Notes under the pieces: model-generated
Databases searched by the model: none
The model's input: the letters and a program-made list of their open reading frames with translations, nothing else
What the model was told of the DNA's origin: nothing
Sequence record: MT446420.1
Reading direction: 5' to 3' (one strand)
DNA: 64,000 nucleotides
Origin: Escherichia virus TH54
In this document: piece after piece, positions 48,721 to 57,321 of the stretch
Layout: the number at the start of each line of letters is the position of its first letter
Numbering within the stretch: position 1 is the first letter of the stretch
Translations under genes and position numbers: made by a program

Positions 48721-49888
48721 GGTCTTCCATCATATCTAAATCGTTTTCGATATCTGCTGCAGATGGTTTTGCCTTACCTTCAGGAGCAGAGTATTTTTCA
48801 ACCTTGGAGGCAATAAGCGCATCAACTTCGGCATCAACAACAGCATTGCTATCAATTGCACCCAGCTGGTAATGACGTTTGATTGCGTCACGGAAAGGTT
48901 CGTGCTTGAACAACGGACCCCAGAATTCAGTACAGTTAGTATCTTTTGCACGCCATGATTTTTCTTCGCGGACCATTTCACCGGTCTCAACATCAAGATA
49001 TTCACGGTTATACCAACCAACTTTCGGTTTCACTACAAATCCGATTTCCATTGCCATATCAAGCAGGCCAGAATATGGGTCAATACCACCATCGAATTTT
49101 ACATCAATGAAGAATTTACTTTTCTCTTTGACCATACGAGATTTTTCGGCATTCAGAACAAATTGGAAACCTTCAAGTTCTTTACCAGTTTCTTTAATCT
49201 GGCGTTTGCCGATAATGAATACGGTGTCCGCAGAATACATAACACCTGTACCACCGGTCATAACGGTTTTGCTATACATCTCAATCGTCTCGATTGTATG
49301 GTTAACCGCGACACAAGGAATATCCTTGATACTAAAATATGGGGTAACAATACGGAACAGAGATTTCAGGGATTTAGCACGAGTCATATCGCCAACGACT
49401 TTTTCGTTCATCGCATCTTCTGTTTCTTTTTTTGACGCCATGTTACCGATTGAGTCAATAAAGATAATGACTTTTTCACCACGCTCAATTGCTTCAAGCT
49501 GGTTAACCATATCAACTTTCAATTGTTCAACCGACTGGATTGGTGTGTGGATAACACGCTCCGGGTCTACTTTCATTGCACGCAGATAGGCTTCTGTGAT
49601 ACCAAATTCTGAATCATAGAACAAACAGATTGCTTCGGGGTATTTGTTCATATATGCAGAGACCATCGTTAAACCCATATTGGATTTAAAGTGTTTTGAC
49701 GGACCAGCAAAAATAGTCAAACCTGACTGCATACCACCATCTAGTGCACCGCTGATTGCAATGTTCAGCATCGGGATTTTTGTACGAACTACATCTTTAT
49801 CATTAAAAAACTTGGACTTAGTAAGAGTCGCAGTCATTTTGGATGTAGAAGCTTTAATCAAACGGGATTTCAAATCTGCAATAGACAT
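48710..49888 (-). CDS. uvsX: UvsX recombinase (RecA-like)
   Basis: MS..DLKSRLIKASTSK.TA.LT.SKFFN.KDVVRTKIPM.NIA.SG... collinear with T4 UvsX. Confidence 0.95.
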   Translation of the reverse strand: MSIADLKSRLIKASTSKMTATLTKSKFFNDKDVVRTKIPMLNIAISGALDGGMQSGLTIFAGPSKHFKSNMGLTMVSAYMNKYPEAICLFYDSEFGITEAYLRAMKVDPERVIHTPIQSVEQLKVDMVNQLEAIERGEKVIIFIDSIGNMASKKETEDAMNEKVVGDMTRAKSLKSLFRIVTPYFSIKDIPCVAVNHTIETIEMYSKTVMTGGTGVMYSADTVFIIGKRQIKETGKELEGFQFVLNAEKSRMVKEKSKFFIDVKFDGGIDPYSGLLDMAMEIGFVVKPKVGWYNREYLDVETGEMVREEKSWRAKDTNCTEFWGPLFKHEPFRDAIKRHYQLGAIDSNAVVDAEVDALIASKVEKYSAPEGKAKPSAADIENDLDMMEDLDE

Positions 49889-49973
49889 TCATTTTTTCCA
49901 TAGGCACCATTATATTTTTCTCACAGGTTTAAGATAGGATAATTATATCACTGTATTTTTAGAGCAATTAATG

Positions 49974-50477
49974 TTAGTTAATACCTTGGCGGGCTTTCTC
50001 TTTAGCCACACATTTATTAATATAGCTCAGACGATTTTGAGCAGACCGCTGATACATATCGCGATACTCATTGGCTTTTGGAGAACCCGTCTCCGCTGCC
50101 TGATAAGCTTCCGCGCGTATGATGTTTATCTGCATATTGATGTATGACATGCAGACCTGTGAAATCTGGTTAACAGTATCCAAGTCATTTTGTCGCTTAG
50201 TTTCTGCTTCCAGCTTGGCAATGATTTCGTCATGCTTTGCAGCTTGCTCGCGTTTGTACTCAATTTCTTGTTGAGCATATTTTGCGCAGTTGTTTCCACA
50301 TTGATTGTTGTCGCGTTTGTAGATAAGTCCAGTACCACCTTTGAAATCAAAGGAACCATTATGCACCTGACGGTCTGCAGCAATTCGCGCTTTACCAATT
50401 TCACTGACATTAACTACATCGCCCTGGTAAGCACAACCAGATAGCAGCATAACAGCTGCGATAGCTAACTTTTTCAT
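49974..50477 (-). CDS. putative lipoprotein
   Basis: Track ORF 49974..50504; ATG 50477 (GAGGAA SD) gives MKKLAIAAVMLLSGC lipobox; occupies the T4 beta-gt/42 position. Confidence 0.5.
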   Translation of the reverse strand: MKKLAIAAVMLLSGCAYQGDVVNVSEIGKARIAADRQVHNGSFDFKGGTGLIYKRDNNQCGNNCAKYAQQEIEYKREQAAKHDEIIAKLEAETKRQNDLDTVNQISQVCMSYINMQINIIRAEAYQAAETGSPKANEYRDMYQRSAQNRLSYINKCVAKEKARQGIN

Positions 50478-50627
50478 TGTATTTTCCTCAATTAAAACAT
50501 TCATAGCGAGCTTGGAGCCCCAAAAATACCCAACCCAAAATTAAAGTTGGAATCATATGCGGAGTCATTATTGCCCAATAGATTGACATACTAAAAAATG
50601 CAATCAGTATAATAATTGTAATTATCT

Positions 50628-50870
50628 TCATTTGGTTTCCTTGATGATAATTACTTGTGCGTTTGATTTACGCTCAGCAACGAGTGCCCAGATAAATGCA
50701 ATAAACCATCCGACCATTGTCCAACCTAACAGGAGGTTAACAAAGAAGATTCCGCAATTACTTTTGGTTCCTCGCAGTAGTGCGATAATCCACGGCAGAA
50801 AATATGCCAGTGCAGCCAGGAAGAAAGAGCCAGCACCCAGAACAACAGTACCCGCAATTAATGTTTCCAT
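50628..50870 (-). CDS. small two-helix membrane protein (Imm position; Pmp3/YqaE-like)
   Basis: 80 aa; ...FLPWIIALLRG....GIFFVNLLLGWTMVGWFIAFIWALV; positional match to T4 imm. Confidence 0.45.
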   Translation of the reverse strand: METLIAGTVVLGAGSFFLAALAYFLPWIIALLRGTKSNCGIFFVNLLLGWTMVGWFIAFIWALVAERKSNAQVIIIKETK

Positions 50871-50939
50871 TTTAATATCCTTAAGTTATTCATCAGTTGA
50901 TGGAGTAATCATACGGCAGTCCTTTGCCGTTGTAAACAC

Positions 50940-53654
50940 TTAAAAGTCAAACATATCAAAAAGAGATGCTTTTTTCTCGTAATCAACCTTAGCTGCTTCA
51001 GAGAACCCTGTCAATGGCTTAACAAAAGTCTTCTGGAACAGTGTGTTGTAGTCCATCCACTGCAAGACTTGGTCACGAATTTCAATCGGGAGTTCAATCC
51101 CTGATGGCCACGCAATCACGGTTTCGCCAAACGGGTTACCAACTTTAAGAGGAAGCACATACACCTTTTCCCCTTCCATGATTTGTGGAACAGTCTTCAG
51201 CCCTTTGGTTGCACGCATGTAAGCAAGCACGCCTTTGATATGAGCCGGACACTTAAATCCAGGGAAACCACCCTCATTATATTTCTGGATGTTGTTAACC
51301 GATGATACACCTGCGATGGTCATGTAATTAAGCTCATTAAATTCCTTGTTGAATTCCTTGAAGTACGTCTGCAGAGATTCTTCACCTTCTTGCAACATAC
51401 GGCGGATACATTCTTTCAGAGCTTTCTGACATGCTTTTGGTGTGCTCGACTTTTGAGTTTCCAGACCCATGATTTTCAGTTTCGGAACAGCATATCGTGT
51501 GCCTTCCATATCGTACACGTTCAGAGCATAACGCTTCTTCGCCGTCCAGAATCCACCAACACCTTTAGAACCAAGTGGAGGACATGCAATCGCTTCACGG
51601 TCCATAAACATAAGGTGCTGTTTGTTGTTCATGTATTCAGCTAGTTCACGGAAAGCTTTATCGATTGCCGGTTCCAAACGGTCTTTCGCGAACTTGTCCA
51701 TGAAGTCAACCAGGTGGTTTGTATCGCGGAATTTAGATTCGCCACCAACCTTTTTAATCAGGTTATCGCACTGGATATAAATGGAGTCAGTATCGCCATA
51801 GAATACATATGTTTCACCACTTGTACCACAAACACTATCAAAATATTCGTTAACTTTACGCTCAATCCACTGCAATGCAAGTTGCCCGAAAGATGTAATC
51901 GCGGTTGCATTTCGCAGGTCAAAGTAACGGAACCAGATATTACCCAGAGCACCATAACAACTGTTGATAAGCAGTTTACGGTTAATCTGTGCGGTCATGC
52001 CTGCGACTTCTTCCATCTGCGCTTTGTACAACATACCATTCAGAACTGTTTGATTCAGACCGTGCAAGGTTGTTTTCATATTGTCATCGAAGTCATAACG
52101 ATAATCAACTTCAGGCTCGGTTGTACCAGTTCCTGGATTACGCAGGGCTTCCTTAATCAGTTCACCATTACGTTGAGCCGCAAGCATATAACCTTTGTGC
52201 TCTTTACGCTGATTAAACACCTTGGTGACTTCTGTTGGAATAATACCCGCAACATCTTTAAAATACATCATACCGTTTGGAGCACAACTAAATGTATCAG
52301 ATGGACGGTCAGCAGTTCCTGCAATGTATTCATACATCGGCGCTGGTGCAAATGACCCGGCAATCGTTTCTGGACTGATGTTAATCTGTCGGATGATGCT
52401 CGGATACAGAGATGTTAAGTCACAGCTCATAACGTATTTGTATGCGTTCGGAATAGGTTCCTTAACAAATGCACCTGGGAACGATTGACGAACATGCGAT
52501 TTGGTTTCCGGAATGACTTTGTTTTGAGTCTTCAGGCTGTTAAAGATAATCGCATCCCAAGTTTTGATTGGGCTGAATACAGACTGAATCTGCATTTTTG
52601 CGTAATAACCCATTGACTGGCTAAGGTTAATAAACTGGCGCTTACGGTCAATCTGTACAACACGATAAACATCGATGATGTTATAAGAAATATACCGTTG
52701 GTGATTTGATTCACGCAGTTTAGAAATCGGACCATCATATGGGAGTTTACCAACACCCAGCTCAGATTCCGCAACATAATCCAACGAATAAGATGGCTGG
52801 TTTGTGAAGCTGAACTTTTTATACAGGTCCAGATAATCCAGAACAGAGATACCCAGAATCTGAATGATTTCTTGTTCTTCACCGAATCCGTTGTTAATGA
52901 CCTTAACTTTTGTACGACGATGTGGACTCAGACGTTTTGCTGTAGCTTCACCAAACACATTTTTAAGGCGGTTGTAGATATATGGAATATCAAACTTCTC
53001 GATGTTCCAACCAGTTAACATAACCGGAGTTTTCTCGTTCCAGAATACCAAATACTGCTGGAGCATTTCTTCTTCTGAATCGAAAGCCATATAAACAATT
53101 TTTTCCAGGATTTCTTCAGGGACTTCATCGCCGCCATCTTCTTGCAGCTTAGCAGCAATATCGATAGACCATTGCTCCACAGTGGCGTATGGTGAGCTCA
53201 AAAGGTCAAAGACATAGAATTTATCGTCTACCGAATCATAGTGCGTCAGGGCATCAATAGGGTGACGTGCTTCAGACGGCTCAGGGAACCCATCAGGAGA
53301 TGTCACCTCGATATCGAAGTTAGCCACACGGATTTTACTTGAATCGTATTTGATTTCGTGCGGGTAACGGTCGGACAAGTATGCGAGTTTAAAGTCATCC
53401 ATACCCATAGCTTCGAGACCCATGTCATTCATTCGCTTCATCCACTGGGATGCATCACGCATGGAGTCGAATTCTTTTTTCACACAACCTTTATTATAGA
53501 TGTCTGTATACTTTGCAGCCTGGTCTTCGCGGGCATGCATAAACAAGCATGGAGCATAAGGGATTTCACGAACACGTTCATGACCGTTCTTGTCAATGTA
53601 TCGTTCGAGTAGATTGTCACCGATTTGTTCGATAGTTAAATAAAATTCTTGCAT
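50940..53654 (-). CDS. 43: DNA polymerase gp43 (family B)
   Basis: 904 aa; exo motifs FDIEV, polymerase motifs DLTSLYPSII, YGDTDS; by recall the N-terminus looks closer to RB69 gp43 than to T4 gp43. Confidence 0.97.
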   Translation of the reverse strand: MQEFYLTIEQIGDNLLERYIDKNGHERVREIPYAPCLFMHAREDQAAKYTDIYNKGCVKKEFDSMRDASQWMKRMNDMGLEAMGMDDFKLAYLSDRYPHEIKYDSSKIRVANFDIEVTSPDGFPEPSEARHPIDALTHYDSVDDKFYVFDLLSSPYATVEQWSIDIAAKLQEDGGDEVPEEILEKIVYMAFDSEEEMLQQYLVFWNEKTPVMLTGWNIEKFDIPYIYNRLKNVFGEATAKRLSPHRRTKVKVINNGFGEEQEIIQILGISVLDYLDLYKKFSFTNQPSYSLDYVAESELGVGKLPYDGPISKLRESNHQRYISYNIIDVYRVVQIDRKRQFINLSQSMGYYAKMQIQSVFSPIKTWDAIIFNSLKTQNKVIPETKSHVRQSFPGAFVKEPIPNAYKYVMSCDLTSLYPSIIRQINISPETIAGSFAPAPMYEYIAGTADRPSDTFSCAPNGMMYFKDVAGIIPTEVTKVFNQRKEHKGYMLAAQRNGELIKEALRNPGTGTTEPEVDYRYDFDDNMKTTLHGLNQTVLNGMLYKAQMEEVAGMTAQINRKLLINSCYGALGNIWFRYFDLRNATAITSFGQLALQWIERKVNEYFDSVCGTSGETYVFYGDTDSIYIQCDNLIKKVGGESKFRDTNHLVDFMDKFAKDRLEPAIDKAFRELAEYMNNKQHLMFMDREAIACPPLGSKGVGGFWTAKKRYALNVYDMEGTRYAVPKLKIMGLETQKSSTPKACQKALKECIRRMLQEGEESLQTYFKEFNKEFNELNYMTIAGVSSVNNIQKYNEGGFPGFKCPAHIKGVLAYMRATKGLKTVPQIMEGEKVYVLPLKVGNPFGETVIAWPSGIELPIEIRDQVLQWMDYNTLFQKTFVKPLTGFSEAAKVDYEKKASLFDMFDF

Positions 53655-53668
53655 TTGGTTTCCTTTAT

Positions 53669-53684
53669 AGTCGAGTGATTGACT
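53669..53684 (-). promoter_or_regulatory. hairpin next to the gene 43 SD (candidate gp43 translational operator)
   Basis: Minus-strand AGTC-AATCACTC-GACT (4-bp stem, 8-nt loop) followed by ATAAAGGAAACCAAATG. Confidence 0.4.
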
Positions 53685-53713
53685 TTTGTTTTATGACTTG
53701 ATGTTATTATACT

Positions 53714-53733
53714 ACAAAAGGGACCGAAGTCCC
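53714..53733 (-). terminator. hairpin/terminator upstream of gene 43
   Basis: Minus-strand GGGAC-TTCG-GTCCC then TTTTG. Confidence 0.5.
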
Positions 53734-53739
53734 TTTGCT

Positions 53740-53967
53740 TTAAATTTCTATTGTACGCCGTTCGATGGTTGGATTACCCTTTTCATCTTTAGTTCTAACC
53801 ATAGCCTGGAAGGCTCTCTGTCCAGGATGCAATAATTTATTGAGTTCCTTTTGAAATTCTATTTGAAGTTCTTCGGAAAGGTCAAAAATAGTTTGAGTTG
53901 GGGAAAGTCCATATATTTCTTTAAGGCGTTCGCATGTTTCAATTTCATGCTTCATATCAATTACCAA
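53740..53967 (-). CDS. hypothetical protein
   Basis: 75-aa ORF between regA and 43. Confidence 0.35.
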   Translation of the reverse strand: MVIDMKHEIETCERLKEIYGLSPTQTIFDLSEELQIEFQKELNKLLHPGQRAFQAMVRTKDEKGNPTIERRTIEI

Positions 53968-54325
53968 TTGTATATTTGGCTACGAGCTTCCAGTCGTCTT
54001 TTTGTTTAAAGGAGATAACACGGAAGTTGTTTGTTACTGCGAACAATTCATTATGCTCTTCTTCTTTGATAGTGATTAAGCCCCAGTCTTCGAGCAGTTG
54101 AGCAATGGAATCACGGCGCTGATAGTCTTCACCATCAATATCTACCTGGCGACCATCCATACGCAGCATTTCTTTGAAGTGAACAATATAGTAACGACCT
54201 TGCTTCTGGAGGATGTGGCAGCTCTGGTACAGCACACGGTCTTTATTATTTGCGATGCCCATACGGGTCAGAGTTTCTTTAACTTTCAGGAAGTCTTCAG
54301 GTTGCTTTAATGTAATTTCAATCAT
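53957..54325 (-). CDS. regA: translational repressor RegA
   Basis: 122 aa; MIEITLK.PEDFLKVKETLTRMGIANNKD.VLYQSCHILQK.G.YYIVHFKEMLRMDGRQV near-identical to T4 RegA. Confidence 0.95.
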   Translation of the reverse strand: MIEITLKQPEDFLKVKETLTRMGIANNKDRVLYQSCHILQKQGRYYIVHFKEMLRMDGRQVDIDGEDYQRRDSIAQLLEDWGLITIKEEEHNELFAVTNNFRVISFKQKDDWKLVAKYTIGN

Positions 54326-54326
54326 T

Positions 54327-54905
54327 TTACCATTCCAATATTTGTTTTTTAATTTCTTTTTGTTCTTTCACATTACTGGTAACGGTCTTTAAGAATTCAT
54401 CCGTTACCAGACCTTTTGTCTTTTTCAAAACATCTTTAAGACTACCTTTGACTTTCAATGTTTCCATATACATCAAAGCATCATCTGCATTAATTGTATA
54501 ATATTTCATTAAAAGCTTTAACACAAGCTGGACGTTGACCGCATCCGGCTCAGCCTTTGCCCATTTGCCATAACGCTTGCCTTGTGGAACTGCATGCAGC
54601 AAATAATTATAATGCTGTTGGTCTGTTAACCCGGAACCGATTAAGTTCATCACATTTACCTGCATGATACAATCGACATGTTGGCTCAATGCGTTTTCCA
54701 ACCAGAATTTATTGTAGTTTTCCGATTGAATCAAGTTCCGTGGTTTTTTGCTAACGGTTATGTCATTAAGAATCGCGAACAATTCATTTTCTGCTTTCTC
54801 TTTGTATGAATCGGACAATTCCTGAATTTTGTTAAAGTCGCGTGATTTCCACGCGACCTCATGTTCGTTTAATTGAACGTCATCATCAAAGAGACTTACA
54901 GCCAT
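54327..54905 (-). CDS. 62: clamp loader small subunit gp62
   Basis: 192 aa; QLNEH.VAW.S.D...ENALSQ......MNLIGSGL.D...NYL..AVP.GKRYGKWAK as T4 gp62. Confidence 0.85.
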   Translation of the reverse strand: MAVSLFDDDVQLNEHEVAWKSRDFNKIQELSDSYKEKAENELFAILNDITVSKKPRNLIQSENYNKFWLENALSQHVDCIMQVNVMNLIGSGLTDQQHYNYLLHAVPQGKRYGKWAKAEPDAVNVQLVLKLLMKYYTINADDALMYMETLKVKGSLKDVLKKTKGLVTDEFLKTVTSNVKEQKEIKKQILEW

Positions 54906-55855
54906 TTCATTTCCCCAGCCAGTTGAGCAAACAGATAAGTCAAGTGAACTTCGGTATTGGCTGCAATACCATGGTACTGATTATTCTCGCCCACAATCTC
55001 ATACATACGGATGATGCTTGCACCAGTCAGTTTGCCGTACATTTCATCAGCCAGCTTTGCAATGAAGTTTGAATAATCATTTGCATGTTTAGGAGCCAGG
55101 CCACGAAGAATTTTAAAGTTACGGTCCTTAAGGGCATCAATCACATCATCAATTGGCGTGCGATTGTTTGTCACGATGCTTAGAATACCGGAATCGATAA
55201 CACCCTTTGCAGAGTAACGGTCAAGCTCATTAATTGTCTTACGCAGGTCCGGGAAGTTATGCTTAACCAGAGCAGCAACAACTTTCAGGTCTTCGATTTC
55301 AACGCCTTCGTTTTTACATATCGCGACTGCACGATGAATCATCTCTTTCATCATAGTAGTCTGGTCAGCTGGAGTTGCTTCACCAAACTTAATTACGCGA
55401 CAACGAGACTGCAACGGAGTGATGATGCCATCGATATTGTTCGCGGTCATAATGATTGAACAGTTGCTCGAATAAGCTTCCATAAAGCTACGAAGGTGTC
55501 GTTGTGATTCAGCCAGCCCCGCACGGTCAAACTCATCGATAACGATTACCTTACGGCGCCCTTCGATTGATTTAGATGATGCAAAGCGAGTCAATTCATT
55601 ACGCACAAAGTCAATTCGGCAATCGGAGCCGTTAACAAACAGCATATCAGAATTCGTATCCGCGCACATAGCTTTCGCAACTGTTGTCTTACCAGTACCA
55701 GGTGAAGAACTGACCAGAATCAAGTTAGGAATCAAACCTTTTTTAACAATCGCCTCTAATGTTTCTTTATCATGAGCAGGGAGAATACACTCTGATAATG
55801 TACCTGGGCGGTATTTTTGTTCCCACATGAATTCTTTGTCATTAACCGTTAACAT
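54896..55855 (-). CDS. 44: clamp loader large subunit gp44 (AAA+)
   Basis: 319 aa; EQKYRP.T..ECILPA.DKET......KG.IP...L.S.SPGTGKTTVAKA as T4 gp44. Confidence 0.95.
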   Translation of the reverse strand: MLTVNDKEFMWEQKYRPGTLSECILPAHDKETLEAIVKKGLIPNLILVSSSPGTGKTTVAKAMCADTNSDMLFVNGSDCRIDFVRNELTRFASSKSIEGRRKVIVIDEFDRAGLAESQRHLRSFMEAYSSNCSIIMTANNIDGIITPLQSRCRVIKFGEATPADQTTMMKEMIHRAVAICKNEGVEIEDLKVVAALVKHNFPDLRKTINELDRYSAKGVIDSGILSIVTNNRTPIDDVIDALKDRNFKILRGLAPKHANDYSNFIAKLADEMYGKLTGASIIRMYEIVGENNQYHGIAANTEVHLTYLFAQLAGEMKWL

Positions 55856-55890
55856 ATATTTTCCTCATATTAGTTTCTACTTTGTACTCC

Positions 55891-55908
55891 ATGGGGCCGA
55901 AGCCCCAT
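55891..55908 (-). terminator. RNA hairpin between 45 and 44 (weak terminator or processing structure)
   Basis: Minus-strand ATGGGGC-TTCG-GCCCCAT, no strong T-run. Confidence 0.4.
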
Positions 55909-55911
55909 TTA

Positions 55912-56607
55912 TTAATCTTGGAATTCGTGGCTAGAGCCTTGTTCCATTGCAATCACATAGCTTGCTTGCGTGCCTTCAAACTTCGTAGCAAATTTATCAT
56001 CTTTCGCCCAAAGCATAACACGGTAATCAGCCGGAATCATTTTCATGTTCAGTTTGTTAATGATAAATTTAAACGCTGCATCGCCTTCGTAGTCGCCACA
56101 TACCAGGGAATACAATGGACGCGCTAACTCTTTATCTTCGAGCTGATTATAACCATGGATAACAATCTTACCGTCTTTGTTGGTGATTGCAAAAGTATCC
56201 AGAGACAAACCACCAGCCACACGCAGAAGCTGCTGCAGGTCACTGCCTTTCAGGTCGAAAATAACCTTAGCTACCGGGAAAGGAATCTTCTTAGCAGGGA
56301 ACACGATAGTGCTCGGGTCTGCTGCAGGCCAGTGAATCGTTGAACGTTGGTCTTTGATAATGATGTTTGATGCATCTTCAGCCAGAGATACTTCAGCTTG
56401 GTCAGTTACCAGGCCCAGGATACTTAAGAAGCCGTTCAGGTCATAAATTGCAGCTTCAAAGTCAATTGTATCATTGATTTCGGCTTCGCCATATGACGCT
56501 CCAGTTACGGAACGAGTCAGGATAGTATTACCTGGTTTAAGCATAATGCCAGAGTAAATGGAAGTGAAGTTTTTCAGAACTGCGATAGTGTCTTTAGAGA
56601 ATTTCAT
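55912..56607 (-). CDS. 45: sliding clamp gp45
   Basis: 231 aa; MKFSKDT.A.LKNF..I.SGIMLK.G......V.G..Y.EA.I.D.IDF..AIYDLNGFL.IL.LV collinear with T4 gp45. Confidence 0.95.
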   Translation of the reverse strand: MKFSKDTIAVLKNFTSIYSGIMLKPGNTILTRSVTGASYGEAEINDTIDFEAAIYDLNGFLSILGLVTDQAEVSLAEDASNIIIKDQRSTIHWPAADPSTIVFPAKKIPFPVAKVIFDLKGSDLQQLLRVAGGLSLDTFAITNKDGKIVIHGYNQLEDKELARPLYSLVCGDYEGDAAFKFIINKLNMKMIPADYRVMLWAKDDKFATKFEGTQASYVIAMEQGSSHEFQD

Positions 56608-56637
56608 TTAATTACCTTTTATTCAAATCAAAATTAA

Positions 56638-57069
56638 TTAAGCAACAACTGCCATTTGTTTGCGGATAGCTTCCGGAAGAGATTCAATATACTCTGGAAG
56701 TTGTGCAGCAATAATAGAACCAGCTTGCACCAGATGGTCGTCAGAGTTAACGCAATAATCATCTTCAAGACGTTCGGAACCGTCACGGTCGATAACCAGT
56801 TTAGCACCAGCAGCCAGTGAATCGTTGTAGTGATTACGCATCAGTTCAATCCACTTATCAGATACATCAGTATCAATCACACCGTACAGCATGAATTTAA
56901 TTTCTTGCGGCAGAGACTGCAGACGGGTAGCAGATGCTTCATCACAGGCCAGAACCCAGGATTTGCGCACACGGTTTTGGTTATGCGGGTTAGCGTCAGT
57001 GCGGATGGTTTTAACTTGGATATCTTTAGCAGTTACGTTGTTCATAATATTCTCTCTATTCATTATCAA
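56638..57069 (-). CDS. rpbA: RNA polymerase-binding protein RpbA (positional)
   Basis: 143-aa ORF between 45 and 46. Confidence 0.5.
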   Translation of the reverse strand: MIMNRENIMNNVTAKDIQVKTIRTDANPHNQNRVRKSWVLACDEASATRLQSLPQEIKFMLYGVIDTDVSDKWIELMRNHYNDSLAAGAKLVIDRDGSERLEDDYCVNSDDHLVQAGSIIAAQLPEYIESLPEAIRKQMAVVA

Positions 57070-57321
57070 TTAATCAAAGTATTCATATGCGAACCAGGCA
57101 TTGTGTCTGTTCGCGATTATTTTAACATATTCTTCACCGAAAGCGTTTTGCAAGTCACGTTCAGTGACAAGGTGCTCATCTTTCGAAAAGGTATTAACTA
57201 ACACATACCGTTTAATTTCAGGGACAGCCAGTAAATGCTGCCCGGTTAAGAAGTCAGCCATAATAGCCTCTATTATAACATCCTTGTTTAAAGCATTATT
57301 CCATAACGGTGAATCGACCAA
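57070..57321 (-). CDS. hypothetical protein (45.2 position)
   Basis: 83-aa ORF. Confidence 0.35.
   Translation of the reverse strand: MVDSPLWNNALNKDVIIEAIMADFLTGQHLLAVPEIKRYVLVNTFSKDEHLVTERDLQNAFGEEYVKIIANRHNAWFAYEYFD

Noticed and set aside
51714-52355. 213-aa plus-strand ORF
   Set aside because: Antisense inside DNA polymerase gene 43; Cys-rich low-complexity translation typical of an AT-rich antisense frame.
53734-53748. MotA-box-like TTTGCTTTA on the plus strand
   Set aside because: Wrong strand for the surrounding minus-strand genes and only 6 nt from the nearest plus-strand -10-like hexamer; probably fortuitous.
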